A stretch of DNA of 64,000 bases from Haliotis rufescens. Its lineage: Eukaryota. Shown piece after piece: positions 50,401 to 64,000 of this stretch. The stretch covers positions 11,532,001 through 11,596,000 of the forward strand of contig NW_025963791.1 in NCBI RefSeq assembly GCF_023055435.1. The letters are read 5' to 3'. The notes below the pieces were generated by a model, which did not search any database, was not told the origin of the DNA, and saw only the letters and a program-made list of their open reading frames with translations. How positions within the stretch are numbered: position 1 is the first letter of the stretch; the number at the start of each line of letters is the position of its first letter. A program made the position numbers and the translations under genes.

Positions 50401-53400
50401 AGCAATTGAATGGGGCTTTGTTTTTGCTGATCTAAACTGTTTCATGAGTGTCTTATGTCATGCCACATTATCTTGTCTGTCAGTTAACAGGTTATAAACA
50501 TATACCATTTTAACACATCCTCTGAATGGGAGGGGGTGGGGCGGCACAGGTGGCCTAGTCGTCTAAGGAGCCGGGATTTGCTGTGCAGAGTTGCGTCCCT
50601 TGGACACGTCTGAAACCTATGATTGTGGGTTTGCCCCGATTATGTTTCTAGGTTTGCCAGCACCATATCCATGCTCTTGGGTTTCACCGAAGTGGTAAAC
50701 TTCTGAGACCTGCATCACAGGCTTTCCTCCCACATTAAGCTGACACGCCGTGATGTAACTGTAATACTGTTAAAAGCTGTGTTTAACCCAACTCACTCAC
50801 TGAATGGATGGATGATTTCATTGTGTAATGAGTAATGGTGTCTCAAAATGACCTGTGTGGTTGGTATTTCTGCATTTATTTTTGTAAAGTGTGGATGTGA
50901 AGGAAATGTATCTGCAATAAAATGTGTTTCTGTGTATTATATATAATATGTCATAAACTTATCTTATCATTAGCACGATAAATGTCTGACAGCTGCATTT
51001 GTGTATCGTTCTGAATCAAAACAAAGTTCATTCAATGAAATTACTTGACCCTGTAGAAGACCCCGAAATTAAGTATATATTCACCTCGCGTTTCAAAGGA
51101 ATTGGCTTGAACTTTACCTGTGGTTTAAACTGTCAGACGAAAAACGTATGTCGTGTGTCATCTATATTATCTGTAAAGGCCCATCAGATTTTCTTTTCAA
51201 GTCCAGAATGAACTCTGAATACACAGCCTCATAACCAAACATTGTGAAACAGTATTGCAGTGTACCAACTGTTGGAGAATCATAACATCCGATTAGCATG
51301 ACTTGCAGGGTTTGAATTAATGTATGTCTGATTGCCTGAGACTGCAAGACAGACCAGAGACATTTCCTTGTGGACTACCACTTTTACCATTAGGTAATTA
51401 ACCTTTAACTGTCCTTGTGTAATTGTTTATTCCAGATACCTTCAGTTACCACTGTTCTCTGCTGAGAGGGCATGGGCATTTGCAATGCAGCTCCAGTCCG
51501 AGGCCAACACGGAGCCAAGGAAAAGGTTCCACTTGATGGCGCGTCTCCAGAAGTCTGTGCAGCATGCAGGTGAACTGAGTGCCCTTAGTGACAGCCCCAA
51601 GTGTGATGCACGGACGAAGCTGGAGTGTCAGGTCAGTGGACAAAGACACTGCAATTTAAAAGCCAGAGTTGCGTCCCTTTGGGATACCAGAAACCTGTGT
51701 ATTCATCATCACATGCTCATTAAGTGCAGTAGTTATCCCTTTGTCTTTGTCAGTTTTATTACATTATTTTGCATTATTTCCCCTCTAGTGAAACACAGTT
51801 AGAATAGATCCCCAGCAACCTATGTTGGTCATGTGTGGTGTGTTAATGGATCGGGGTGTCAGGTTTGGTGATTTGATTCATTGTGTGTCGTTGTCCCTTT
51901 ACAGAACAGAACAAAACATCAATCACTGCTTTGTCTGGTCCAAACGCAACTGTTTTCAGGTCGCCGTCTTAAAACATTATCATCATTACATAGCTTGAAT
52001 ATTGTTCAGTGTAGGGTTAACCAACAAACAAATATGGGTATCATGTATACTTGAAATGTTTGATCAACATTTTGAACTTTTCTGTTTATTTTCAGGCCTA
52101 CAATGCATGGATCAAAGGTTCTCTCTACTTTGAATCGTCAAGTTGGGAGAATGCTATGGAACAGTACACTAGTGCTAAGTAAGGGAATTGTTGCAGACTT
52201 TTAAATTATTTGTATCAAGGTTATTACCAGGTCACTGTTTGCATGGGGGGCGGTCGGGTAGCCTAGTGGTTAAAGCGTTCGCTCGTCACACCAAAGACCT
52301 GGGTTCGATTCCCGACATGGTTACAATGTGTGAAGCCCATTCCTGGTGTTCCCTGTCGTGATTAGCTGGAATATTGCTAAAAGCGGCGTAAATCCATACT
52401 CAATCACTCACGCATGGGGGTGGTTGGGTAGCCTAGTGGTTAAAGCATTCACTCGTCACACCGAAGACCTGGGTTCGATTCCCGACATGATAACAATGTG
52501 TGAAGCCCATTTCTGGTGTCCCCGGGGCGGTCGGGTAGCCTAGTGGTTAAAGCGTTCGCTCGTCACGCCGAAGACCCGGGTTCGATTCCCGACATGGGTA
52601 CAATGTGTGAAGCCCATTTCTGGTGTCCCCTGTTGGGATATTGCTGGAATATTGCCAAAAGCGGCGTAAAATCATACTCACTCACTGATTACCTCTGATC
52701 ATGACTTGTTGTATAAGACATGGCTGCTGCTTTCAGGACGATCTATGAGAAGCTGTCCGGAGCACTGACAGAGGACCTGCAGGTGCTGTACCAGTCTCGC
52801 GTGGAGGAGATCTCCCCCAATATACGCTACTGTGCCTACAACATCGGAGACGAGTCCGCCATTCGAGACCTCCAGAACATGAGGCTCAAGTCTGGAGAGG
52901 ACCAACTTACATCAAAACTGGACGTAAGTGGAACAAATAATTTGATCTGTACAATTCACTTCACAATTATATTTAAATGTAGACATGTTGCTATCTAAGT
53001 GCATTTATCTTGAATGAAATGTTAGAACTCATTTTGCCTCACTTATTTCCATGTGGGTTTTGTGTGAGCTGAATCATGCCACATGCTACTGACTGAAATA
53101 AAGTAACAATTAGAGCTGAGTATCGCCTGGTATCTTGCGATACGATACATATCACGATACAGACTGACAATAGCAAGGGTATCATGATACACAAACAAAA
53201 AGTAAGAAATGATGAAACACTGAAATTTAACTCTAAAACCTCCGGATTCATGCATTTACTTATTGTATCAAAAACAAAACTGCTTTAAGCAAAAAAAACA
53301 AGAGCAAAACAGTTTTAAATGAAGGGATTGCTATATTAAATGTAATAGTAGCAGGCATCCTCCATCACCACATCCTCTTGTTCCGCCAGGCTTACACGTT

Positions 53401-56400
53401 GCTCTGTGCTGCTCCTGCCGTTACAGGCAGTCACTCCATCAGTTTTTGTTCTATTATTGCGTTTCACAATGTCACTAACTGACCATTCAAGTATCATCTT
53501 TACCTTAGTATCGACGATAATGTAGGTATTGGTGAATCGTTACAGCTTTAGTTACAATGGAGATCGGCGGGTCCGGGGTTTGATCCCCGGCCGCGTCATA
53601 CCAAAAGACGTTAAAAGATGGTACTTGTTATTACCCTGTCTGGCGTTCGACATTAAAGGGCTAAAACAAGGACTGGTCGGCTCGGAATTGGTATACTGTG
53701 TCTGAGTGAGGTATTCATGTTAAACTGCGGCATGGTATCTCAGTAGGCTAGCACTATTAATCGTCATCACTCCAGACTAGTACAAGCAGATACAAAACAT
53801 AAGTGCAATAATCTTGGACGTGGTGTTAAACCCATTTTCCCCTCATCTCACCTCACCGCACCTAGTTACAATGTGTGGTTTGCTTTGTTCAGACTTGATC
53901 ATTGCAGCAACAGTGATATTAGTTTTGCTGACTGTGGCATGAGACAAATATCAAATTATTTCTCTGAGAGATGAATAGAACATGGAAGACACTAAGATTG
54001 AGTACTATTTTGTATATGAAGCGCATGTTCCCATGAGAGAAACTCTTCTTTGTGTAGGACCTTCTGTCTCAGACCCGAGAGAAGCAGGCGGCTACCTTGT
54101 CTGAGATAACATGGCAGGGACGGACGGTGCCTGTGAAAACGGAGTCTGTTAGGGTCTTCCTCCTCAACCTGCAGGAGAGCTCCAAGGAACTGGAGTCGGC
54201 AGACAATAATGAGACTAAAGTGTCCATTTATGAATCCTTGCTGAAGGAGTGTATTGATGCCCAGCAGGCCCTGCGAGATGCTCTACATGACGATCAGGTA
54301 CAGTTGGGGTACATTATACTATGTATATGGGGATCCCAACCCAGAGATAAAACTAGCCTCATCACTGGGTTCATGGAAAGTCATTGCACCTTCCTGCGAA
54401 CTATTATTTTTTTGGGTGCCGATCATTTACAAATACAAGTTGTCCTGCATTTTCAGTCGTGTAATGCATGACAGTGGTCATTGAATTCAGTGTGAAATGA
54501 TATGGGAAATATATCCAATATATATAAATGTAAACATTGTCATTGTCCATTCTCAGTTTGTGATAAATTTAGCGAGTTTCTATCATTCTACCCCACTCTC
54601 AAATTTTCATTCTCACAATGAAGATGGTATATGGCCGGTATTGCTATGATAAGACAGGTTAGGAAGTAAGTGACAGTAGGTTACTAAGTTGTGTTCCTCA
54701 TAAAAAAGAAGCTGACATCCATATATTCTCTTCCCTAGTGTTTATGTTAAAAAAATCCTGAAATGCCTATATATTTTTTCACCATCTAAAGACAGAGATT
54801 AACAGTAGAGTAATGTTTGTGTAGGTGTTTAAAGCTGTGACCCGCGGCCAGCCTGTGGAAGGAAGGATCTCCAATCAGCACTACCTGCACTCCTACCTGA
54901 CGTACCTGCGGCTCACCAAGACTGTGGAGAGGAACCTGTTGCTGATAGACAACCTCAAGAACTACTTGCCAGGGAAGCTGGTGGAGGAGGGCAGGAAGAT
55001 CACCAAGCCCCAGGACCTCGTTAGGCTGTACGACATCATTATTCAGGTGAGGTGGCGTAAGCACTGAGTACACTTATTCCGAGTGGGGGTGTGTGTGACC
55101 AGTCGTCAAAGGTGCCATGATTTGCTATGCAGAGTTGCATCCCATGGGCATGCAAGAAACCTATGATTGTGGGTTCGAATCCCGGTTCTCCCCAATTATG
55201 TTTCTAGGTTTGTCAGCACCATACCCGTGCTCGTGGGTTTCACCGAAGTGGTAAACGTCTGGGGCCTGCTTCACTTTGGGCTCTCCTCCCACATTAAGCT
55301 GACATGCTGTGATATAACTGAAATACCAACTCATTGACTCACTTTATTCAGGGTGGTGGTGTATTCTTGATATGTTGTCCTGATCTTCTGTGGGTGGTTG
55401 GGTGGCCCAGTCGTCCAGAGGCACCATATTTCTCTATGCAGAGTTGCTTCCCTTGGACTTGCCAGACGCCTTTGATCATGATGATACGGTTTGCCCCAAT
55501 TATAACTAGGTTTGTCAGCACCATAGCCCCAGCAAAATGGGTAATGTTGAAGACCTGCATCACTTCAGACTTTCCTCCCACATTAAGCTGACACACCGTG
55601 ATATAACTGGAATACTGTTAAAAGCGGCGTTAAACCCAACTTACTCCCTCTGATCATCATCTCTTAATAGGATGTTTGTTTACCTTTCAGAATTTAAATG
55701 ATATACCCAATCTTCATGGGTTAGAAGAAAGTCCCTCATTGTTAGAGGAAATCACAACCAGAGTCACAAGTTTTAAAGCATCTAGGTAAGTGAAAGGATA
55801 TGATGTTAACAAAACGCTTACTAGTTCATATTTCTGAGTTACTGAGAGCTGTGCGCACACTGTGGTGTGGTGCTGAATCCATATCATTCTGAGACTAGTG
55901 GTATGGATAAAACGTGTGTCATTTGAAACAAACTAGTCACTTTGGATATTGATGGCCCATTGATTTTAAGGTTTAAAAATCCCATGCAGAGTTGTCTCCC
56001 TTTTCTGTGAGGATCCTCTGCTTGTGAGTTTAATTCAATCCTCGTTCCAGTTACAATGCTTTTGTTTGTTGCCTGAAAGTGCTTAACCTCATTGAGCTGA
56101 TGTGTGCTGTGATATAACTGAATAAAAGAAGTTGTAATCCATAAAAAAGTGTCATGTATTCAATTGAGATATTGTTCATGATGATGTATTGGCCATACTC
56201 ACTCCCCATGCTAAGAATGATATATTAAAGGCAGCATTATCACACTTTGTCCTTGCAGATCCTTTTACATTGCTCAGTCGTACTCTGCTGCGAAGAAATG
56301 GACTGAAGCCATAGCCTTGTATCAACGGACAATCACTAATGCAGACAAAGCATTGTCAGGGTACAAGAAGCTGAAACCCCAGGGGATGTTTAAGGTTGGT

Positions 56401-57671
56401 GATATTTAATCTTCATTTCCCCCTCGTGGGGATGTCAGGTTAGTTTTGATACTCAGCAAACCTATGCTGGTCATAAGAGGCAACCAAATGGATTGATTGG
56501 TCAGATTCGGTGTCTTGCGTGTCATTGTACCCTGACAGCATTGGTTATTGCTCACAATATCAATCACTTGATTGTCTGGTCAAAACTTGGTTATTTACAG
56601 AGTATATCTGAATGCGACGTTAAACAACAAAGGTCTTAATCAAAAATTGTCTTCCAAAGGGACAGTGTTATTTTCCATCTAAAGGATGCAATTTGTTGTC
56701 TTTTAACATGTTTAATACTGGTTTGTATATTCAAAGAAATAAATATGCAGCATGAAACATAAGTTTTTTTTAAGAATATATTCATTGATCGAAATATCTG
56801 TGGAATGTGAGCAGCAGCTAGAATAGGTTCCCAGCAACCAATGCTGGTCGTAAGAGGCAGCTTAGTGGATTGGTGTTCAGGCTCGGTGTTTTGGTTGATG
56901 GTGTCGCCAGAGGGTGTGGGTTGTTGCTCACACTATCAATCAGTGGATTGTCTGGTGTAGCTTTAAATATAGTGGGACCTTTGCTGAGAGCACCCTAATA
57001 TAATCATCAAACTAAACGTTGACTTTACTTTGTATGTCAGGGTGAAGTAGCCAATCTGAATGAGCTGGTGAAAGACGTCAATGGACTGATGTATTCGTGC
57101 CACGCCTCCAGTATCTTGAAGACGGATGATGCTGCTGACAGCCTTGGGGTGCTGCCATCTAGTGACAAGAGGGTAAGATTCACCAAGCAAAGAAGAAAGA
57201 TAGAGATATTATGGTATTGAGGGGAGGTAACTTTTGTCACCCTCAATTTGTGTTGGTTAATCAATAGGCCTCTTGCTGACATTTGAAAGGGCAGATAACT
57301 TTGATGGCCCTCTGTTTTGACTAGGCATTTATTGTATTCTTAAAATGAAGGTTTCTATGTTAACAATTAACATTCCCTCAAAAAGGTGTAGCTGAAGTTG
57401 TTTTCAATAATTATTTTGTATGGTGTTTTTTCAGCCTCTCAAAGATCGTTTGGACACATTTGCAGAAGATAAGTCTTTGACCAGCAAGAAGCCGAATATA
57501 ACAGCGTTCCCACCAGATTTCAAGCCTATTCCTTGTCGACCTTTATTCTTTGACCTTGCGTTGAATCATGTTGAGTTCCCCTCCCTGGAAGAGAAGATGG
57601 AGCAGAAGAAGGCTGCAGGAGGAATCACGGGCTTCGTCAAGGGCTGGCTTTGGGGCGGGGGCAAGAAGTAG
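47442..57671 (+). CDS. SRP68: Signal recognition particle subunit SRP68, 12 exons, ~601 aa
   Basis: Exons 47442-47538, 49536-49602, 50260-50373, 51436-51631, 52096-52178, 52737-52923, 54058-54297, 54825-55046, 55691-55785, 56259-56394, 57041-57172, 57435-57671 (1806 nt, phases consistent). Hallmark SRP68 segments: QQQHGLRHGDYQRYRSYCSRR, AERAWAFAMQLQSEANTEPRKRFHL, RVEEISPNIRYCAYNIGD, KPQDLVRLYDIIIQ, FPPDFKPIPCRPLFFDLALNHVEFPSL, GITGFVKGWLWG. Confidence 0.96.
52246..52686 (+). mobile_element. Three head-to-tail SINE family 1 copies in SRP68 intron 5
   Basis: Copies at ~52246-52410, 52416-52523 (3' truncated) and 52524-52686. Partial family-1 copies also at ~13389, ~25848 and ~32617. Confidence 0.9.
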
Positions 57672-60600
57672 ATGCATGGATGAGCAGATGGATGAATGGG
57701 GGTGCTTGTACTGTCTGTGTATCTGATGAGATAAACAGTCCTGGTGTTTTTAGAGTCTGTGACAGTTGTCAAAGTGATGCTATGCGTTGAAATGGACTAC
57801 ATGAAGTCCTTAGTGTAAGAAAAAGACTTTTTTTTTAAAAGACTCCATTTCTTTGAAAAAGCCTTATTGTCAGACAGGTTCTATCTTAACCATTTGCTGG
57901 GTAATGTGTAATGCTGTGGTTGAAGACGCCGTAGTTCATTGTGCAGTTGCCAGGATCTGCTTATATTATTTTAAATTAGAGGATTTCCCTGTTTATGATC
58001 ATTAGTTTGTCAGCGTCTCCATGCTAACTCGCTTCACCAAAGTGTTGGACCTGCATCACTTTTGACTTCTGTCACTTTGCCATTGAGAGGAATGGTGACA
58101 GATTGAACTGTACTGTTACCTAATATGTTTGATTTGGAATGGTTAATCTGGTTGTATATATAAAGTAACCATGGTTATAAGCTATGCAGAAAAGTTGAAC
58201 TACCAAGATCTATTCAAAAGTGAATGGAATGATCTGATGTTGTGAAATATGTCCAGGGTCTCCTCCAGTTCATCAGTAACTGGAAGACAATGGAATCATG
58301 TCAGTCAGTCAATTCCTATTACCACTCTCTCCTTTTCCTTGTAAAACTTATCCTGTCTGTTGTTGATGTTGTCATGGTGATGCTGTCATGGTGATGCTTC
58401 CTTACATCCCATAGTCTCCAACTGTTCCCTGCCTTTTACCAGTATTTTGTCTCGGAGAATCATGAAGGTGCAAGCGTGTCACATAGTCATCCATTGGAAA
58501 GCTTATCCTAAATCATGGCATATATATTTGTGTAAGATCTCTCAACTCAGTGTGAAGTGCACAAGTGTCTGTATCTGTTTTGTATTTTCATGGCATTAGA
58601 TTCATGCTCAATGAGAAAGGATAGTGAACAAAGAAAAGATGTATATTTTTGCAGGAGAGACAGCTGGGACAGTTCTGTGGCCAAGTACATCAATGTATGT
58701 TAGTCTGTTAGATTTGGAGAACAGAGCTCTGACATTGTGGAGTGTGGATGTTTGAAACTTCATTTAAAGTACTGAGAGTCACAGCAGTACGGAAACTCAT
58801 TCTTCCATTGATGGTATTCACCTCAAAGTTACCTCCCTTCAACATTTTCCGGTGGCCCGAAGCAATGCTACCTAAACATCACTGGTCCATAAGAAAGTTT
58901 CCTAGTCTGCTACCAGATTAATTTTAACACATTTATATAGCCAGTATTCCTCACTTTTGTCCTTTCATTATTTTAAGAAACATGTTTCATATTTTCGGAC
59001 TACCTCGATTTTAGGTCTACTTATCCTTATTAATGTTTACTTGAGAAGTGTTTTTGTTGATCCTTATCAATAATTGACCTGTGATGAGTTGTATATGGTG
59101 TATCATTTTATGAGTCATGTATCCATATTCGTGATTCTTTGGAATGACCAGTGAACCCCTTTCAAAGACCCAAAATACAAACTCTGTGACTGTAGTGGCA
59201 TTGCAGCGGTTTAACAGTGTTAAGAGCAGCATGTCACTTTGAACTGATTCCAAATGTTTTCTGACAGAAATATGTTTGTGTATATGCTCAGTTCAACTTG
59301 ATTTTGAACTTGTCTGAACAGTCCTTGTAAGCATTTTACACCACATACAAGAACTTGAGCATGAATCTTTTTCAGATTCAATGTCCATCTGTTTGAGATC
59401 TTGCTAATGTACTGTTTGTGTGAATTATGCAATTGTATGAATGCCAGTGTGAATATGTTAATATGTGTACATACTCCGTAGTGTGTGGCGTCCAAGAGGT
59501 ACTAGCTCCACACCAGCATCTGGGTGGGAGATGGACAGTGTAAGTCAATAAGGTGGGCAGCTGGGCTGTGATGTGATGAGGCAACGAGTCATGATGTTCC
59601 AACAAGTGATCATGGCATTACAACATTCATCAGCCTGTTAAACTATTGGTTTACGACAATTGTTGCATCAAGTTCACTTGTCCTCTGTTTAAACTGGCAG
59701 TCCTAGCACTAAGACTGTATCTGTGACATGGACTCATGGTAGTCTTGGTAGTCATGGTGCCATGGTGAACAAGGCTCTGTTTGCAGGATGACCCTATGTA
59801 TGTCATGAATTATATGTTGTTCTCATCTGTGTCACGCCGGGCAGTTAAGGTGTGTGTTCTTTTCTGACCCTTGCCACACAGTTTCCGAGCTTCAGACATG
59901 ATCCCCTGTGAGATGGTCCGCATAGGCCCCAAGTGAGGCTGATCTATCTCTATGCATCTTGAACTTCCTCTAACAGTGCAAGATGTTTAATTTTGTTAGA
60001 AATGATGTTAATTCAATGGCCTTGTTTTAACCAATGTATAGCCTGGACTGGAACAAATGTGATAGTGGGTTCTTTTGATGGTCTTACATGACCGTTTGTT
60101 TGGGGTCATGGGTACACAAGTTGTCTAAGGTGCTGAGTTATGCCCCTTGTTCCCAGAACCACCCCCAAGCTCCTGGGTTTTACCCAAATGGTATCGGTCT
60201 ACTATTAAACTGAAATATTGTACAAAGAGGCAATAACCCATGCTCGTTTTAGCTAAGGAGGCACCTTCCAGATCATCATAAGTCCACATAACAATACATG
60301 GCCTATACATGGCCTATACATTCTTATGTCTAGTTTTCCTATGTATCAAATCAGCAACATTTTCTTGAATTTTTGTCAAAAATACGGATGAGATAAAAAG
60401 TTTTGAATATTTATGTGCATAATGTGAACAACATAACTTGGTGTTTGAATACGTCATTCTTCTGTGCCATGGCTGAAAGACTTGTACTAGGTTGTACATA
60501 GCAGTAGCACTTGAAACACTTGAAACAGGGTGGTTAAGAGGTTCTGCCACTGTCTTCAGACCAACACTCTGGTTTATTGTTGACATTGGTGCAATATGTG

Positions 60601-63600
60601 TAGCCTTTATGTCCCCAAATGTCTTGATAATCCTATTCCTGAAAGCTGTGTCGGTACTTCCTTTGAATGACTTCAGCTTGTGTAAATCAGAGTACTTTTC
60701 CCTGACTTTACATCAGCATGTTTAGGTTTCCTCCTGAATGGAGGTGGCGCAGCCTTAACTTTCTCATGTACAGTAAACTACGTTTATAATGAACACGCTT
60801 TTAACGAACTGACAGATATAACACACAAACTTTTGGTCCCTGCCATTTGCGATATATTTTTTTTTCATATAAGGTTGATGGATATAACGAACACACTTAT
60901 AACGATCCCGGTTCGCCCTGATTATGTTTCTAGGTTTGTCAGCACCATACCCGTGGTCGTGGGTTTCACCGAAGTGGTAAACGTCTGAGACCTGCATCAC
61001 TTCGGGCTTTCCTCCCACATTAAGCTGACACGCGACATTATAACTGGAATACTGTTAAAAGCGGCGACAAACCCAACTCACTCACTCACTTATAACGAAA
61101 AAATGGATATAGCGAACTTACCTTGTGGTCCCGTGTGTACACTGTTATCGTTAATGTTTAAGTGTATAACGAACTGTTAATCCCTGAGCTGAGTTCCTCA
61201 TGTGTCACCAATATGCCTATCAAAACATCTGCGGCCAAGCGCTGCTGTTCAAAGCGTCAATAAACAGATCAAGGCAATTGAGTTACTCTTAAGTACTGAC
61301 ACCTTGTGCTCAAATGACACCCTCAGTTACAATAGTAACAGTGATTGAAGTGGATATATTCTGTAATGTACAGTGCACACTTTCGACATTTATCGATTAA
61401 CATGTCACATGACTTAATAAAAGATGTTTAACGAATGGTGGATATAATGAACTAAGATTATTGATCCTTTGAGTTTGTTATAACCATAGTTTTCTGTACC
61501 TAATATTCAGGTTCAAGCATTTACATATACAAGACGACCAATTGTTTTGGTTAGGAAGTTCAAAAATTGCTGATTGACTTGAGAAGATTACCTGTGCAAA
61601 GATTGTCTATGAAGGTGGCTGATGTGAACTATTTATCTCCAAATACTGCATATTTATGTTCATTATATAAATCATTAGTAATGGTGATTTGTTATGGAAA
61701 TGATCATGTGATTATTGATCAGCACATGCTGGTAGGTGAGTGGGGAGAGTGTTAGCACACCATGCTCCAGTCTGGGGTTCAACATGACACATCGTGGTGT
61801 GAAGCTCCCCTCGGGCTCCCCTCATCTACTTGGATCTCTGTAGGCACCTTGTGCTGCTTCCTACGAGTTGAATGAAATTGTTGGCAGCGTATGCCTGCTC
61901 CCTGTAGCTAGGAAAGCATTACCAAACAAGCAAACAAGTACGTTTTGTTGATTTATGAGAACTTGTATGAGAAATTGTTTTGTTTGAGAAACTGTTTGTA
62001 CCCCTCATTTTGTTCACATATTGTCATGTCATTTGCTGAGATTTCGTTGCAGGGGTCTTTTCTCAGTAAGCAGGTTACTGATTGGTTAAAGAATATATTA
62101 TTTGTCAACTCAATTAAAGAAAGAAGGTTAGATTTAAGTGTCAGCTGTAATGAATTAATATTTATTTTGAAAACTTTGATGGTTTACAAATAATGCATGT
62201 TGTTAAACTTGACAAGTTCTGTTATATATTCTGTTTACTTTATTTTATTCTGGGAAGGTGATGCATTTGTTGACAATGAATGTACATTAAAACTTCAAAC
62301 AGTTGCCAGTGTGATATTGTATGAATTCAGTTTTTGGACACCTGCTATACAGTGAACCCTTGCATTCAGAACCATTATCTTTTTGGAAGGTTTTTCTTGA
62401 GTGACAAAACAAGGTACCATGATTTCACAATTTATTGACCGCCTCAGTGGTCCAGTGGAAATTGTCTGCCCAGTGAGCGGAAGGTCATTGGTTTGGTCCC
62501 AAGCCCAGTCATACTAAAAAACGTTAAAAAATGGTACTTATTGTTACCCTGCCTGGTGCTCAGCATTAAGTGGATAAAACAATGATAGCTAGGGTCTGAG
62601 TGGGATATCCATGTCGAAATTGCAGTATGGTATTTCAGTTGGCTAGCACTGTAAAATCGGCATTAGTCTGGACTAGCACACATACATCAGACAAGCAGGC
62701 ATGCCATCATAATCTTGAACACCTTCTGGTTTCACCTCACTTCAAAATGTGTTATTCAGGGCGATTTCCCTAGGAACCGTACTAATTGTATCACTATGAG
62801 TAAATGCTGAATGAGCCAAGTTAGTGTTTGTGAAGAACAAAGATGATGTACACCATCAATAGTATCATGATCACGAAACAGTTCCAGGTCATTGCCCCAC
62901 CCTAGTCATCCAAGACACTGAAATTCACTGTGTAAAGTTGCGATATATTGGGGTGCTAGACTTATTTGCTTTTTAATACGAAATTGTTCCTGAATATGAT
63001 TCTTGGATTGTGAAAAAAAACCTGGTGTTGTGAGAGACATTGTGCCCATAAGTTTCATCTTAAGACTTTGAGTCTTCCTCCCACAATAAGCCGCACTCAG
63101 CACTATTCAAACTATATGACAGCTGCCTGTGAATAATCGAGTCTGGACCAGACAATCCAATGATTGACATCATGAGCAATTTGGATACGATGACATGCAT
63201 CAACAAAGTCAGTGAGCCTGGCCACCCAGCAAAGTCGCATATTAAGACAAGCATGGGTTGCTGAAGACCTATTCTAACACGGAACTTCATGGACAACATT
63301 AAGCTGACATGCAATGATATAACTTGCATCCTCTTCCAAGGGACTCTCACCAATGTACTGATAGTACTATTTCATCACAACTACTCACATATTGGTATGC
63401 ATATTGTTGGCGATAAAGAATGGACTGCCCCCCAGGTCTGGTGGATAGTGTGCGTCCTGATTGAGAGCGGAAGATGGTTTGATCCCGGCTGCATCATACC
63501 AAAAGAAGCTATAAGATGGTACTTTTTGTTACCCTGCCTGGCGCTCGGCTTTAAGATGATAAAACAAGGACAGGTAAACTCCCGAGTCAGTCTACTGTGT

Positions 63601-64000
63601 CACAGTGGGGTATCTATGTTATACTGCGGCATGGTATCTTAGTGAACTGGAACAAAAAAAAACAGCATTAGTTTGGACTAGTACATGCAGGGACGCTCGC
63701 AAGCACCCACCCATGTGGCTATATGAGTGATATAATCATTTCTGCGACATTGAACCCCATTTCAACTCGCTGATAAAGAAAGTAGTCTGTTTATGCTTAT
63801 GTAATTTTTATAATTACTTAGACGTATTTCGGACATGAGAGATAATCATTCTCACTTCACCCTATCAGATTTACAGTAGAAGAATTGTACAGCTTTCCAC
63901 TAAAAAACATTTAAAAAAAATAAAAAATGTAAGCGCTCCCCTTCACATTGTGATGCTGAATGTAACCCCCGACTTGGCCTCCACTCGTAACAGGGGAGCT

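Noticed and set aside
57700-62400. Additional gene downstream of SRP68
   Set aside because: Only short ORFs without recognisable motifs or a consistent exon chain are present. The region is more likely a long 3'UTR or intergenic DNA (AATAAA at ~61259 and ~61416).

Overview
Eukaryotic, intron-rich, repeat-dense DNA. The SINE, HINE and Penelope repertoire suggests a gastropod mollusc such as abalone (inference). I built three spliced genes by hand from GT-AG sites and exon phases. (1) SRP68, + strand, 12 exons, 47442-57671, ~601 aa. (2,3) Two tandem minus-strand paralogues of an unusual receptor: copy B at 45013-27406 (intact, ~1086 aa) and copy A at 20817-8728 (one premature TAA). The receptor has a signal peptide, TWO class-C-GPCR/mGluR-type Venus flytrap (VFT) domains each followed by a C-x5-C-x2-C linker, ONE transmembrane helix containing a Glu, and a short tail of tyrosine motifs on tiny phase-1 exons. 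No 7TM, kinase or cyclase domain is visible. The paralogues have near-identical ectodomain exons but divergent exon 2, stalk, TM and tails, which resembles paired receptors with a gene-conversion mosaic. In copy A a ~2.3-kb tandem duplication has doubled a DDIYTEP exon. The rest comprises four SINE-like families sharing a 3' tail (one with a pseudoknot-like instead of tRNA head), Tc1, Gypsy and Penelope (Naiad-like) relics, several MITEs, minisatellites and one assembly gap.
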